A DNA stretch of 57,911 nt from Candidatus Heimdallarchaeota archaeon. GTDB lineage: Archaea > Asgardarchaeota > Heimdallarchaeia > Heimdallarchaeales > JAJRWK01. The DNA is taken from contig JALTMP010000185.1 of assembly GCA_027001645.1 (NCBI GenBank), forward strand, positions 1 through 57,911, read 5' to 3'. The notes beneath the pieces were generated by a model. That model had not been told where the DNA came from, searched no databases, and saw only the letters and a list, made by a program, of their open reading frames with translations. Positions 17,223-26,426 of this stretch are shown piece after piece (the first letter of the stretch is position 1; the number at the start of each line of letters is the position of its first letter). The translations under genes were made by a program, and so were the position numbers.

Positions 17223-20200
17223 TTATTTGCGTCTACGATAGATTGTGGCGGTGATTAAGGCAAAGGCTCCGAAGAGGGCATAGATCGGGAAGGGTAAGAA
17301 TCCGCCTCCCTTGGACTTGACAATAATGGTAACGGTATCGGTTGCAACATTGCCTCCTTTGTCGGTAAGCGTCAGTTTAACGACGTATTCACCAGAACTG
17401 CTCTCCTTGAAGTCGTAGGAAATTGTTTGTTCGGTGTTACCGCCAGCAAATGAACCGGTAGCAACTTCGTTGTCATCGATAGTGATGGAATACGTTCCTC
17501 CAGAATCGTCTTTCACAGTCCATGTTAGGGTAACCGTCTCTCCTGGCTTCACTTCTTGGTCACTTGGTGGTGACACGATGGTTGGTGTAGTGGAGTCCTT
17601 GAGAGTGATCTGCCACGTCGTTTCGGTCATGGCTCTCCCGAGATAGTCGTTTCCAGTGACTTTAATGGTGTGTGCCTCATAGTCGTTGATCTTGCTCAGT
17701 TCGACGTATAAGGAAACCTTCCCTTCGGCGTTTGTGAGAGTCGTAATCGTGGTTCCATCAAGCTGGACCGTCGCGTTGAACGAAGTCTCATCGAAAATCA
17801 CGCCGATTACACCCATTCCCGGATTATCTGCGTCTTCTTCAACCTCGGTTATCGTGCTGAGCATGACTGGTGGGTTCTTGTCGACCTCAATCTTGGCAGA
17901 ATATACGGGGATATTGAAACCAAATAAGGTCACATCCACGAGATACTCTCCCTCATCAGCAAGGGTGAGAACTTCTCCATTGGGGTCTGTGGATGTTGAA
18001 AGAACCTGTTTGGACGCAATGAAGCTAAGATCAATGTATGAATCCTCAATGGGTCCATCATAGAAATCGATTGATATGGTGTAGGTGCCGTCGGCTTCTA
18101 TTATGGCCGTAGCGGTTTCTGGTTTTGCAAGTGTTGCTGCGTCAAATCCGAATACGTCATTGTCGGGAGCAACAATCCCTGGTTGCTTTAAGAGGAATAG
18201 GTCCCAGTCTTGTTTTGCGTCTGCCCAATCAAGTGATGCTCTGACGAACATCCCTTCTCGCAAATCAACGGGTTTTGTGTATTCGAAAACTGTTCTTCCT
18301 GAAGTGGGCGTCAGATCATCTGCTGGTATCGGATAGTTAGACAGTGAGACCTCAAAGAAGCTACCAATTTCGACTCCGATTTCTGAGTTCTTTGCACTAA
18401 ACTCACTCAGGAACGCTGCTGGTAATCCTGCCACGTCTTGAGCAACGCTTATGGTGAAATTGCCCGTTGTTAGAGCCTTGCCATTATGGGTCGTAGGTGC
18501 GCCACTTGGTACGGTTCCTTGGATTTCAACCTCTGGTAACGTGATATCTTGGCCAAGTATTCCATCGAACCAAGCTGCTTTGAAGGTGATCTTTTCAGGT
18601 CCTGTCAGTGAAGTGTCGATCTTGTCCAAGTAAAGTGCAACATGGATTCTGAAATCACTTGCTGAAATGTTATATCCAAAGAACTCTGCGGCTGCAGTTA
18701 GATTTACAAGGTATCTGTAACCCCACCCTTCTGGATTAGCGTTTCCTTGGTACGGGTAGTTCTTTATGAGGTCTCCAAATCTGGAGTCTGATGCCTCAAA
18801 GACCAACCCTGCAGGATCTGCCAACCAGAAGCCAACGTGGGAATCTTTTCCTGTCCAGTTCAGTGAGATAGCTAAGGTGTTGGGAGCTGCAGTGGGTGTT
18901 ACTCCCGTGAACATGATTTCAAAGAATCTCATGTCTCCTGCCATTGCTGGGTACATGTCCCAATCGTATGGTTCATCAACTGCATCCTTGGTTGCTGTAG
19001 TCCATCCCGCTGTTTCTCCATTGTCGACCATTAGTGGGATGCTGAAACTGAATGGGACAAGCGCGCTAATTCCAGATGATGTGGTGAGAGTTACGAAGCC
19101 AGAGTGAAGCCCTGGTGCAAGCCCGGTTGGATCGACGGTTACATCTGCTTGTGTTCCACTTGTGACGGAGACAGTGACTCCTGAAACACCGGTTGTTTTG
19201 GAATACATTCTAACAGAAACTGAAATTTCTATCCCTTGATAGCTTGGAGAGATTGTCTCGTTCTCATCGAGGGTTGCCGGGTCATCCCAGAGGAAGTCTC
19301 TCACACCGATGTATAGGTTGTCCATTTCAGTGCTTGTGAGGTTTGAAAGTGAAACCCAAAGTGTCTGCGCGTAGACATCCGAAAGGGTTCTCGAGACGAC
19401 TTCCCACTCGGGTCCGTATTCAGGAACATTATCATTGTCAGCATCTCGCCAAATCATCAGATAGGTCCAATAATTTGCCTCCGGAACCGCTGTTCCGTCA
19501 GTGTTGAAAATGAATTGGACGATGTCTGAGCTCTTGAAATGAGTAAATGGTGTAGCTCCTAAAAGATCCGAAAGGCTGTAGAACGTCCATCTTGCCGATG
19601 TGTTAGTTAATGTATAGTCGTGTTGGTAGTCTAAACCATAGGTATATGCATCGGCTGTTTGAAGCGTGCTTCCATCGTTGGGATCAATCATTACAGCCTT
19701 TGTCACGGGTGTAGTGACGGTTCCAAAGAATAGGCTGGTATCATCCATGTTTGCGCTAGTGTACGTTGATAGACTGTCTGTTAGGTTGAATCCCCAGAAG
19801 TCCGTTCCACTGCCTCCTTCCTCGTAGGTATTGGTGAAATAGTATTCGAGTGCAGTTTTTATGCGATTCATCTCCACTTCGTGGGATGCTGTGGTGTACA
19901 CCCGCATCGCCGGATCGAAAGTACCTGTTGTGTTGTATCGACCAAATATGAACTGCATCGCTTTGGAAACATTAACCCTACCAACACCTTGGGAGAATGG
20001 GTCATAGCCGAGATCTGTTGCAGTTGACATAAGGATTGTTTTTGCCATATCCGGTCGTAAGGACCCTGTTGTAGTGGAGATTTTTGCCCAAGCAGAATAG
20101 ATCAGCGCAAGACTGCCAGATGTCATTGGTGCTGCTTGGCTGGTTCCTCCAAAGACTCTGAAGGAATAAAAGCCATTTCCGACGTCAGTTACACCATAGC

Positions 20201-22202
20201 CGAAGTCATAGGCTCCTGTATTCATAATATCGACTTTGGGATAAAGATCGGCATTTGGTCCTTTTGAGCTAAACCAACCAACTTGGTCATGGTGCCCTTG
20301 GGTGGTGCTATATGGATCTATCTTAGAAAAGGCCAGATAGTTGTGGGCTGAGGATGCTCCTACTCCGAGAGCAACATCTGCCATGGGTGGACCACCAGTT
20401 CCATATCCGGGACCTGAATTACCGTATGAAATGACGAATAGGAGTCCTGGATAACTAGGATCAATTCCACCCGGTAGAGTGAGTACTTGAAGCGCCAAGG
20501 AAATAATATCACTTCCCGGCCAGAATCCACCGAGAGTTGGTGAAGTGTATCCCCAAGAGTTTGAAGAAATGTTTGCCATGTGTTCTCCGGTCCATCCATA
20601 TTCAATGAATTCACCGTTGTATTGGGGTGTGAACCCAGCAGCCCATAGCCAGGATTCCAAGAATCCGCTGGCAAAGAATCCGCCTAATCCTAAAATTCTG
20701 GCATTTGGCGCTATGCCAACTAAGGTCATGTTTACGTTAGGATCAGAAGCATTTCCGTATTCACCTGCCCAATCATATACTGGGAATGTGAGTTCATTTC
20801 CAGCGATTTGGCCGGCAACACTCGTACCGTGTCCCTGTTCGTCAAATAGCTGGGCAAAGGCACCTCCTTCCGGATCAATAAGGCGGAGCACTGGGTCACT
20901 GTCTGACGTGCTTGGACCCCATCCCGTAATGTTGTAGGAATCTAGTGTGTTGCCGAGAGAGCCTAATGATATGTCGTTGTAACCGTCTCCATCAATGTCT
21001 GCAGCGAGAGTAAAGTTTAGTGCTGCTTCTTGAGCCGTCATTCCTGGAAATACACCATGCCTTTTTGCATAGGGATTCGTATTTGGATCGAAATCAAATG
21101 GAGCATTCTTATATTCTGAGAATGTTGCAGTTCCGAGAATACCATATTCTGTCATCAATAGGGCGGTCTTATAGTCAATGTACAAGGTGTCATAGCCTGG
21201 TTGAGAATCCATGTAATCTGCAAGAATGAAGGGGGCTGCAACCCAGTAGGGTCCTTGAGGTATGAATGAGACACCAAACTTAACAGTTGACCCAACTGGA
21301 AGCTCTTCTGGTGCATGGAATTTGTCAGGGAGTGTGAGTGTTGCAATCTGAAATTCCAATAATTGCTTAAGGGTGAGAATATATGGTCCAAAGGGCGCTG
21401 CCATTACTTGTATTTCATCTTCTGCGCCCTTGGTTACAATCGTGCGAGCACTTGTAATTGTATAATCTTTACTCGTGATTGACATGAAGTATCCCGCGGT
21501 GGCATAACTCATTGGTAGGTTATTGTCGTCGAGTGCCATTTTTCCAACAAGTCCCGGGGTTCCAAAGTCAATTCCTGTATCTGTAGGCGCAACAATGACG
21601 CCAGTCCCGTCTGCGAGCTGAATGGCATCATCTGCCCCAATGAGTCTTCGGGTAATTGGTCCCAACCCATCCGAGCTGCCTACTCCATCTAAAGAGGGTG
21701 TGTCTTCTGGAGTACTCAGTTGATCGAGGGTCGCTTTGTAATTTATGTCCGCGCTAACTAGCGCTACGTCTCCGCGTTCAAACAGAGTTGCAGCAGTTCG
21801 TCGATCTTGGATTGTTGCATGTACCCACCAGAACCCGTCTAGCATTTGGAATGTGGTAACTACGTTCACTAATCCCCCTAGACTGGGATCTGGATTGATT
21901 GTTAGAAACATAATGTGTACGCCAAGATTGTCTTGTCTTACCTCTGCAGGAAGCTCTCCTGTGTTTACCCACTTTGACAACAGGTAATCCTTCTGTTGTT
22001 CTAGGGTAGGAGCTGCTCCTGGATTTAGAGGTGCCGTAAATGTTGATGGGACCGCCGTGGTTGCCGGCATCGATTCAACAGACTCGATAGTTGCTGTCGT
22101 TGACGTTGAATTTGCCGGAGACACCCACGGTAAGGCCCCAAGAAAAGCGGCAATGATTAAAATTGTAAATAATGCTCTTCTATTTGTGATCCTACTTTTC
22201 AT
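17223..22202 (-). CDS. Giant secreted subtilisin-family (S8, pyrolysin-like) serine protease with Ig-like repeats and a C-terminal membrane anchor
   Basis: The signal peptide is MKSRITNRRALFTILIIAAFLGALPW. The catalytic triad motifs are VAPTDTGIDFG (Asp), GHGTSVAGQIAG (His) and GGTSQAAPMTSGSLALI (Ser), with long insertions between them. The C-terminus is GGGFLPFPIYALFGAFALITATIYRRRK. The ATG at 22202 has a GAGGTG Shine-Dalgarno; the ORF track uses the GTG at 22211. Confidence 0.9.
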   Translation of the reverse strand: MKSRITNRRALFTILIIAAFLGALPWVSPANSTSTTATIESVESMPATTAVPSTFTAPLNPGAAPTLEQQKDYLLSKWVNTGELPAEVRQDNLGVHIMFLTINPDPSLGGLVNVVTTFQMLDGFWWVHATIQDRRTAATLFERGDVALVSADINYKATLDQLSTPEDTPSLDGVGSSDGLGPITRRLIGADDAIQLADGTGVIVAPTDTGIDFGTPGLVGKMALDDNNLPMSYATAGYFMSITSKDYTITSARTIVTKGAEDEIQVMAAPFGPYILTLKQLLEFQIATLTLPDKFHAPEELPVGSTVKFGVSFIPQGPYWVAAPFILADYMDSQPGYDTLYIDYKTALLMTEYGILGTATFSEYKNAPFDFDPNTNPYAKRHGVFPGMTAQEAALNFTLAADIDGDGYNDISLGSLGNTLDSYNITGWGPSTSDSDPVLRLIDPEGGAFAQLFDEQGHGTSVAGQIAGNELTFPVYDWAGEYGNASDPNVNMTLVGIAPNARILGLGGFFASGFLESWLWAAGFTPQYNGEFIEYGWTGEHMANISSNSWGYTSPTLGGFWPGSDIISLALQVLTLPGGIDPSYPGLLFVISYGNSGPGYGTGGPPMADVALGVGASSAHNYLAFSKIDPYSTTQGHHDQVGWFSSKGPNADLYPKVDIMNTGAYDFGYGVTDVGNGFYSFRVFGGTSQAAPMTSGSLALIYSAWAKISTTTGSLRPDMAKTILMSTATDLGYDPFSQGVGRVNVSKAMQFIFGRYNTTGTFDPAMRVYTTASHEVEMNRIKTALEYYFTNTYEEGGSGTDFWGFNLTDSLSTYTSANMDDTSLFFGTVTTPVTKAVMIDPNDGSTLQTADAYTYGLDYQHDYTLTNTSARWTFYSLSDLLGATPFTHFKSSDIVQFIFNTDGTAVPEANYWTYLMIWRDADNDNVPEYGPEWEVVSRTLSDVYAQTLWVSLSNLTSTEMDNLYIGVRDFLWDDPATLDENETISPSYQGIEISVSVRMYSKTTGVSGVTVSVTSGTQADVTVDPTGLAPGLHSGFVTLTTSSGISALVPFSFSIPLMVDNGETAGWTTATKDAVDEPYDWDMYPAMAGDMRFFEIMFTGVTPTAAPNTLAISLNWTGKDSHVGFWLADPAGLVFEASDSRFGDLIKNYPYQGNANPEGWGYRYLVNLTAAAEFFGYNISASDFRIHVALYLDKIDTSLTGPEKITFKAAWFDGILGQDITLPEVEIQGTVPSGAPTTHNGKALTTGNFTISVAQDVAGLPAAFLSEFSAKNSEIGVEIGSFFEVSLSNYPIPADDLTPTSGRTVFEYTKPVDLREGMFVRASLDWADAKQDWDLFLLKQPGIVAPDNDVFGFDAATLAKPETATAIIEADGTYTISIDFYDGPIEDSYIDLSFIASKQVLSTSTDPNGEVLTLADEGEYLVDVTLFGFNIPVYSAKIEVDKNPPVMLSTITEVEEDADNPGMGVIGVIFDETSFNATVQLDGTTITTLTNAEGKVSLYVELSKINDYEAHTIKVTGNDYLGRAMTETTWQITLKDSTTPTIVSPPSDQEVKPGETVTLTWTVKDDSGGTYSITIDDNEVATGSFAGGNTEQTISYDFKESSSGEYVVKLTLTDKGGNVATDTVTIIVKSKGGGFLPFPIYALFGAFALITATIYRRRK

Positions 22203-22214
22203 GGGACTCACCTC

Positions 22215-22242
22215 GTTCTCGCGATCGTGTTGACGCGAGAAC
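22215..22242 (-). promoter_or_regulatory. GC-rich 9-bp stem hairpin in the protease 5' leader, abutting the Shine-Dalgarno
   Basis: GTTCTCGCG (22215-22223) and CGCGAGAAC (22234-22242) are perfect reverse complements with a 10-nt loop. On the coding strand the 3' arm is followed directly by GAGGTGAGTCCCATG. Confidence 0.4.
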
Positions 22243-22449
22243 TTGTTCCTATGTAAATGGCTTGAGTTGAAATATTTTACGGGTCACAGTGAAAAAAAGG
22301 CGAAAAACCTCTGATTCCATGTTTTCTAAAGCTTATGGCATCCAAGAAATGGGGTAACTATATAAGCGTGGTCTCCAAATTAGGGAAAAATTGAGAAGAA
22401 TATGCAAAAATGGCAATTAATTAGTCCTTTTTCTGTTAAAAAGTGAGCC

Positions 22450-23010
22450 TTATCCAAGCATGTTTTTTATTTCGGCAATTCTTGTTTCCAAAACCCTAAT
22501 GATCTTGGAGTTATCAACATGTTCAAGCTTCCCTCCACAGTGCTCGCAAATAAAATCGTTTTCAAAAGCAATATTGAATGTTACTCTCTGGCATTGCTCA
22601 TTTCCGCAGTGGAAAAACATGTTTTCTCTTTCATATTGGAGCCGTGATTCCAATTTTTCTAAAACTAATTCTCTTTTTTGTCGCAAGATCCGTTTAATTC
22701 TGTCGGGGTGGATTTTCCAATAATAAATAAAGTAACCCGTTTCTTTATCTTTCTCTCTTCTTACTGAAACGAGTTGGGTATCATAGAGTTTGTAAAGTGC
22801 TTTTCTGACTTGATTGAGTTTTACTCCCAGCTGTGCTTCAATTTCCTCATCTGTTGTCTCACCATGCGCATTAAGCAACGCGATGGTTACTTCTTTAACA
22901 TCCTCTCCCGCGATATCCTCGACCATGGCTAGTAGAGTTTCCCGTTGCTCGTCGGGGAGTTCTGTCGGCTCTTCACTAATTGATTCACTCTTATCTGGCG
23001 TCGTTGACAT
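22450..23010 (-). CDS. tfe: Transcription factor E (TFE alpha, TFIIE-alpha homologue)
   Basis: The winged helix is EEIEAQLGVKLNQVRKALYKLYDTQLVSVRREKDKETGYFIYYWKI. The Zn ribbon is FHCGNEQC...FICEHCGGKL. Confidence 0.85.
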   Translation of the reverse strand: MSTTPDKSESISEEPTELPDEQRETLLAMVEDIAGEDVKEVTIALLNAHGETTDEEIEAQLGVKLNQVRKALYKLYDTQLVSVRREKDKETGYFIYYWKIHPDRIKRILRQKRELVLEKLESRLQYERENMFFHCGNEQCQRVTFNIAFENDFICEHCGGKLEHVDNSKIIRVLETRIAEIKNMLG

Positions 23011-23198
23011 CACATCACCATTTTTTTATCCCAAAATTGAACATGAGAAATAGACACTAAGAACAACTTGAGTCCATTATAATTATTCAATTCATCGTAT
23101 AAAGTAGTTGCGTTTTGCACCGAAATGATATGAAAAAACAGCGAAAGACCGAGCGTTCTAAGAATTGCCTTTTTTTTCTTCCTTGGGATTCTTAATGG

Positions 23199-23444
23199 TC
23201 AGTCCTCATATCCGCCTTCTGTTCTAGTAATTAAATAGCACTTATCTCCATCTGCTATACCTGCCATTTTTAGAGTCTCACTATCATCTAATTGTCTCCC
23301 TCTAAAAACCACAATAACGGTAGAAGCAGGAATTCGTTTTATTCTTGCAACTTCTGCTTTTAATTTGCCAACAGTATCCTGGGGATTCATCTCGACTTCG
23401 ATGGGTGGACCTCCTCCTATAGCTGAAACGACTTTCACCAACAT
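23199..23444 (-). CDS. Ubiquitin homologue (beta-grasp) with a C-terminal GG followed by a 3-residue tail
   Basis: MLVKVVS...PPIEVEMNPQDTVGKLKAEVARIKRIPASTVIVVFRGRQLDDSETLKMAGIADGDKCYLITRTEGG-YED aligns along its full length with ubiquitin (MQIFVKT...[62 protein letters not shown]). The ATG at 23444 has a GGAGG 9 nt upstream. Confidence 0.7.
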   Translation of the reverse strand: MLVKVVSAIGGGPPIEVEMNPQDTVGKLKAEVARIKRIPASTVIVVFRGRQLDDSETLKMAGIADGDKCYLITRTEGGYED

Positions 23445-23564
23445 GTTCAATTTCCTCCAAAAATAATCAGCATTTGATGTGATAAAAAGATGTCCATTAG
23501 CAGTTGGTAAACTAAGTTACGCCTCGAGATGTGTTAAATATTTTCATGTCAATTGTTTTCTTTC

Positions 23565-26408
23565 TTAATCCCAAAAGGGTCTGGTTCTGGCATACTCTGC
23601 TTCTGCTTCTATTAGTTTCAGAATGAAGTGTTCCTCAGAATCGTTGATCGTGGTTTGCAACACTCTGCTTGCCGTTTCTGGACCGACTCCCCTGGCTGCT
23701 AATGCAATTGCAGCTCTATGTCCAGCCTGCTGGAGGAGATTTGCCGATTGAAGTGCTCGCTTTAGCATTCTTTTTTCTCCTTTATCCAATTCTTCTCTTC
23801 TCAGGTTTTTTCTGATGACAGCAATCATTTCTTTTTCAGCCTCGTGAACTGCCGCTACCATGCTACTATTACATTTTGGACATTTTATGGGGGGGCGTAT
23901 AGTGGCTACTGTTCTTGTAGCATTAAAATTACCACAGTACATGCACACAAGTCGGAGTCGAACATTCAGCAAGCGTTTCTTAACGATTTTGACGATTTCT
24001 CTGGTTGGTTTTTGGGGTTTAATAAAATCCTCATATAGTCCGCGCTTTAGGCCTTCATTAGCCAGTAGTGTTGGTTCATTGATTTTCGAAAATATCGTTA
24101 GGATTTGTACTCTGTTTTCTTGAAGCTGTGCAAGCCACCATTGAATTGTTCTGAGGTCATAATACCCGTGTTCTATTTCGTGATATGCTTCTTCTCCAAT
24201 CACCGTGCTTTTGTATTTATCTGCCAAGAAATGCAATTTTCTTTTATTAATTTCAGCTTTCTTCTCAATTAACCCCATTCGTTGTGCTACTGCCTTTAGT
24301 GCCACTAAGAATAAGTCGCTCTGAAGAGTTGCCACTCGCAAAAGTAGTGATGCATGTTCTGGCTTGATTTGAACTAGTGTATCATGGATTTCTTTTGCAG
24401 TTATTTTTTGTGCAGATTCAATAATTACTCGATAAGCGTCTGTCGCAATGGATACCGATTGTTTATATTTTGCCATTAGAACGGATGCGAGGAGTCTTCC
24501 CAGTGTCTCGTTCCCCTTGCTCCCCAAATACGAATGCAGGACGAGGACTGGCCCGATCTTCTCAATTACTAGCCGATCTGAACGAGGATAGTGAGTTTTG
24601 AAACCCTCTCTTGCTTTGGTGAAAAACTTCTCGATTTGTTCTCTTGCTTCATTTGATAGACTAAGAGCTTGGTATTTCGGAGATGTAACACCTGACAGTA
24701 GATCGTAGGTAACATCAGCTATGTCGCGAGCCACTTCATAGGGAATTGGGATGAGTTCTCCAACCCAGGATGGGATTACCGATTGTACGGTTGGAGGCGC
24801 AGCAACAAGGTTTACTCGATCATCCGTGATTTCTACCACCTTCCAAAGGCTCCCCTTTACAACAATTATGTCTCCCACGTCAATCTTTGATTCAACGAAT
24901 TTGTCGTCCAAAAGAGCAATTAGTCTCTTCTCAGTTGCTTCCCATGCTTCGTACTTTCTTGTGTCCACTATCATCGATATGGATTCAAAATAGAATTCTC
25001 TGGTTCTGGAACTTCTTCTTATCTCAAAACCGTCCGTTCTTAGGACTCTCAGTTCGTCAAGCAATTCTGCGACCTCAAGCAGTTTTTCCATTTCTAGTTT
25101 CCTAAACGCGTACGCGCGACGAATAAGTTCCAATGTTTCCATAAGGCTCATGCGGCCATATTCTTGAACTAATCCTACTAATTGATGGGCTAGTACATCT
25201 AACGGTCGTTCCCATGGTACAATTTTCTCAGACTCGCCATTTACTGCCTTATTCGAAATAATTGCTGATTCTAAAGCATCTTCCTCTGAAACACTAATGA
25301 TGTAGCCAATGCTTTGTCTTCCGAGTTGATGCCTTGATCTTCCGACCCTCTGAAGTAATGGTGAAACTTGCCTTGGAGACATGAACTGAATTACAGCATC
25401 AACGTGTCCAATGTCAATCCCTAACTCAAGCGATGACGTGCAGATGATGCAATTCACGCTTTTCTTTTTGAATGATGTTTCTGCAGAGATTCTATGCTCC
25501 TTTGCAAGAGAGCCATGGTGAACAGTAAAAGTGAATTCTGGGTTTAAGAGCAGTAAACGGTTTCCTAAAATCTCCGCGAATTGCCTCGTGTTTGTGAATA
25601 CTAGCACACTATCGTGTTTTTTCACTATCTCCATTAATATTCTAAGTCTTGCAGCGGCTTCCAATGAGCAATTTGCTTTGTTTGCAATCTCTTCGTCTTC
25701 TTCCTTTTGCTTTGGAAATATGACGTGGATGTTCGGGGGTAGATCTTGAGTTGTATTTAAGATATGAAACTCGCGGTTTGTTCCAACCAGAAATTGTCCG
25801 ATCTCACTAGGGTTTCTGACTGTTGCTGAAAGACCGATTCTTAGGAATTCTCGTTGAGTAATTTTTCTCAATCTTTCAAGCCCGACTATGAGCTGGCTTC
25901 CCCGCTTTGATTCCGCCAGTTCATGGATTTCATCGATGATTGTGTATCTAACGGATCGCAAGTGTTCTCTGAATTTCGGAGAAACGAGGGCGATCTGTAA
26001 CGTTTCAGGAGTCGTAATAAGGATGTCTGGGGGGTTTTTAAGCTGTTTTCTGCGCTCGTTTTGGGTCGTATCTCCGTGTCTAATTCCAACGCTTAGTCCT
26101 AACGTTTCGCACAGTGAAAAGAGTCTTCCAAACATGTCTCTGTTTAATGCTCGTAGAGGTGTGATGTAGAGAACAACGATGCCCTTTTGCCTTTTCTCTT
26201 CACGTCCTTCAGACAGAATTTCGTTTAGGACTGGAATCATTGCTGCTTCTGTTTTTCCGCTTCCTGTTTCACTTACAAGAACAAAATGTTCCCTTTTCTC
26301 CTTGAAATGATTAAGCGTTGCCCTCTGTGCATGCGTTGGCTCTGTAATTCCAATATTAGCCAAGGCTTCTCTCAACAAGGGGTGGAGCTGTTCAAATAGG
26401 TTTTTCAT
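23565..26408 (-). CDS. lhr: Lhr-type superfamily-2 DEAD/DEAH-box helicase
   Basis: SETGSGKTEAAMIP is motif I and IIDEIHEL is motif II. GLSATV, TSSLELGIDIG and QRVGRSRH are also present. A long DEAD-associated C-terminal region contains a CMYCGN...CPKCNS Zn ribbon. Confidence 0.8.
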   Translation of the reverse strand: MKNLFEQLHPLLREALANIGITEPTHAQRATLNHFKEKREHFVLVSETGSGKTEAAMIPVLNEILSEGREEKRQKGIVVLYITPLRALNRDMFGRLFSLCETLGLSVGIRHGDTTQNERRKQLKNPPDILITTPETLQIALVSPKFREHLRSVRYTIIDEIHELAESKRGSQLIVGLERLRKITQREFLRIGLSATVRNPSEIGQFLVGTNREFHILNTTQDLPPNIHVIFPKQKEEDEEIANKANCSLEAAARLRILMEIVKKHDSVLVFTNTRQFAEILGNRLLLLNPEFTFTVHHGSLAKEHRISAETSFKKKSVNCIICTSSLELGIDIGHVDAVIQFMSPRQVSPLLQRVGRSRHQLGRQSIGYIISVSEEDALESAIISNKAVNGESEKIVPWERPLDVLAHQLVGLVQEYGRMSLMETLELIRRAYAFRKLEMEKLLEVAELLDELRVLRTDGFEIRRSSRTREFYFESISMIVDTRKYEAWEATEKRLIALLDDKFVESKIDVGDIIVVKGSLWKVVEITDDRVNLVAAPPTVQSVIPSWVGELIPIPYEVARDIADVTYDLLSGVTSPKYQALSLSNEAREQIEKFFTKAREGFKTHYPRSDRLVIEKIGPVLVLHSYLGSKGNETLGRLLASVLMAKYKQSVSIATDAYRVIIESAQKITAKEIHDTLVQIKPEHASLLLRVATLQSDLFLVALKAVAQRMGLIEKKAEINKRKLHFLADKYKSTVIGEEAYHEIEHGYYDLRTIQWWLAQLQENRVQILTIFSKINEPTLLANEGLKRGLYEDFIKPQKPTREIVKIVKKRLLNVRLRLVCMYCGNFNATRTVATIRPPIKCPKCNSSMVAAVHEAEKEMIAVIRKNLRREELDKGEKRMLKRALQSANLLQQAGHRAAIALAARGVGPETASRVLQTTINDSEEHFILKLIEAEAEYARTRPFWD

Positions 26409-26426
26409 TGCTTCACCGAAGCTATC

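Noticed and set aside
17223-17320. The protease C-terminus might be a bona fide PGF-CTERM archaeosortase signal.
   Set aside because: The motif reads GFLPFP rather than PGF, and I cannot check for an archaeosortase in this window. I report it only as a possibility inside the protease finding.
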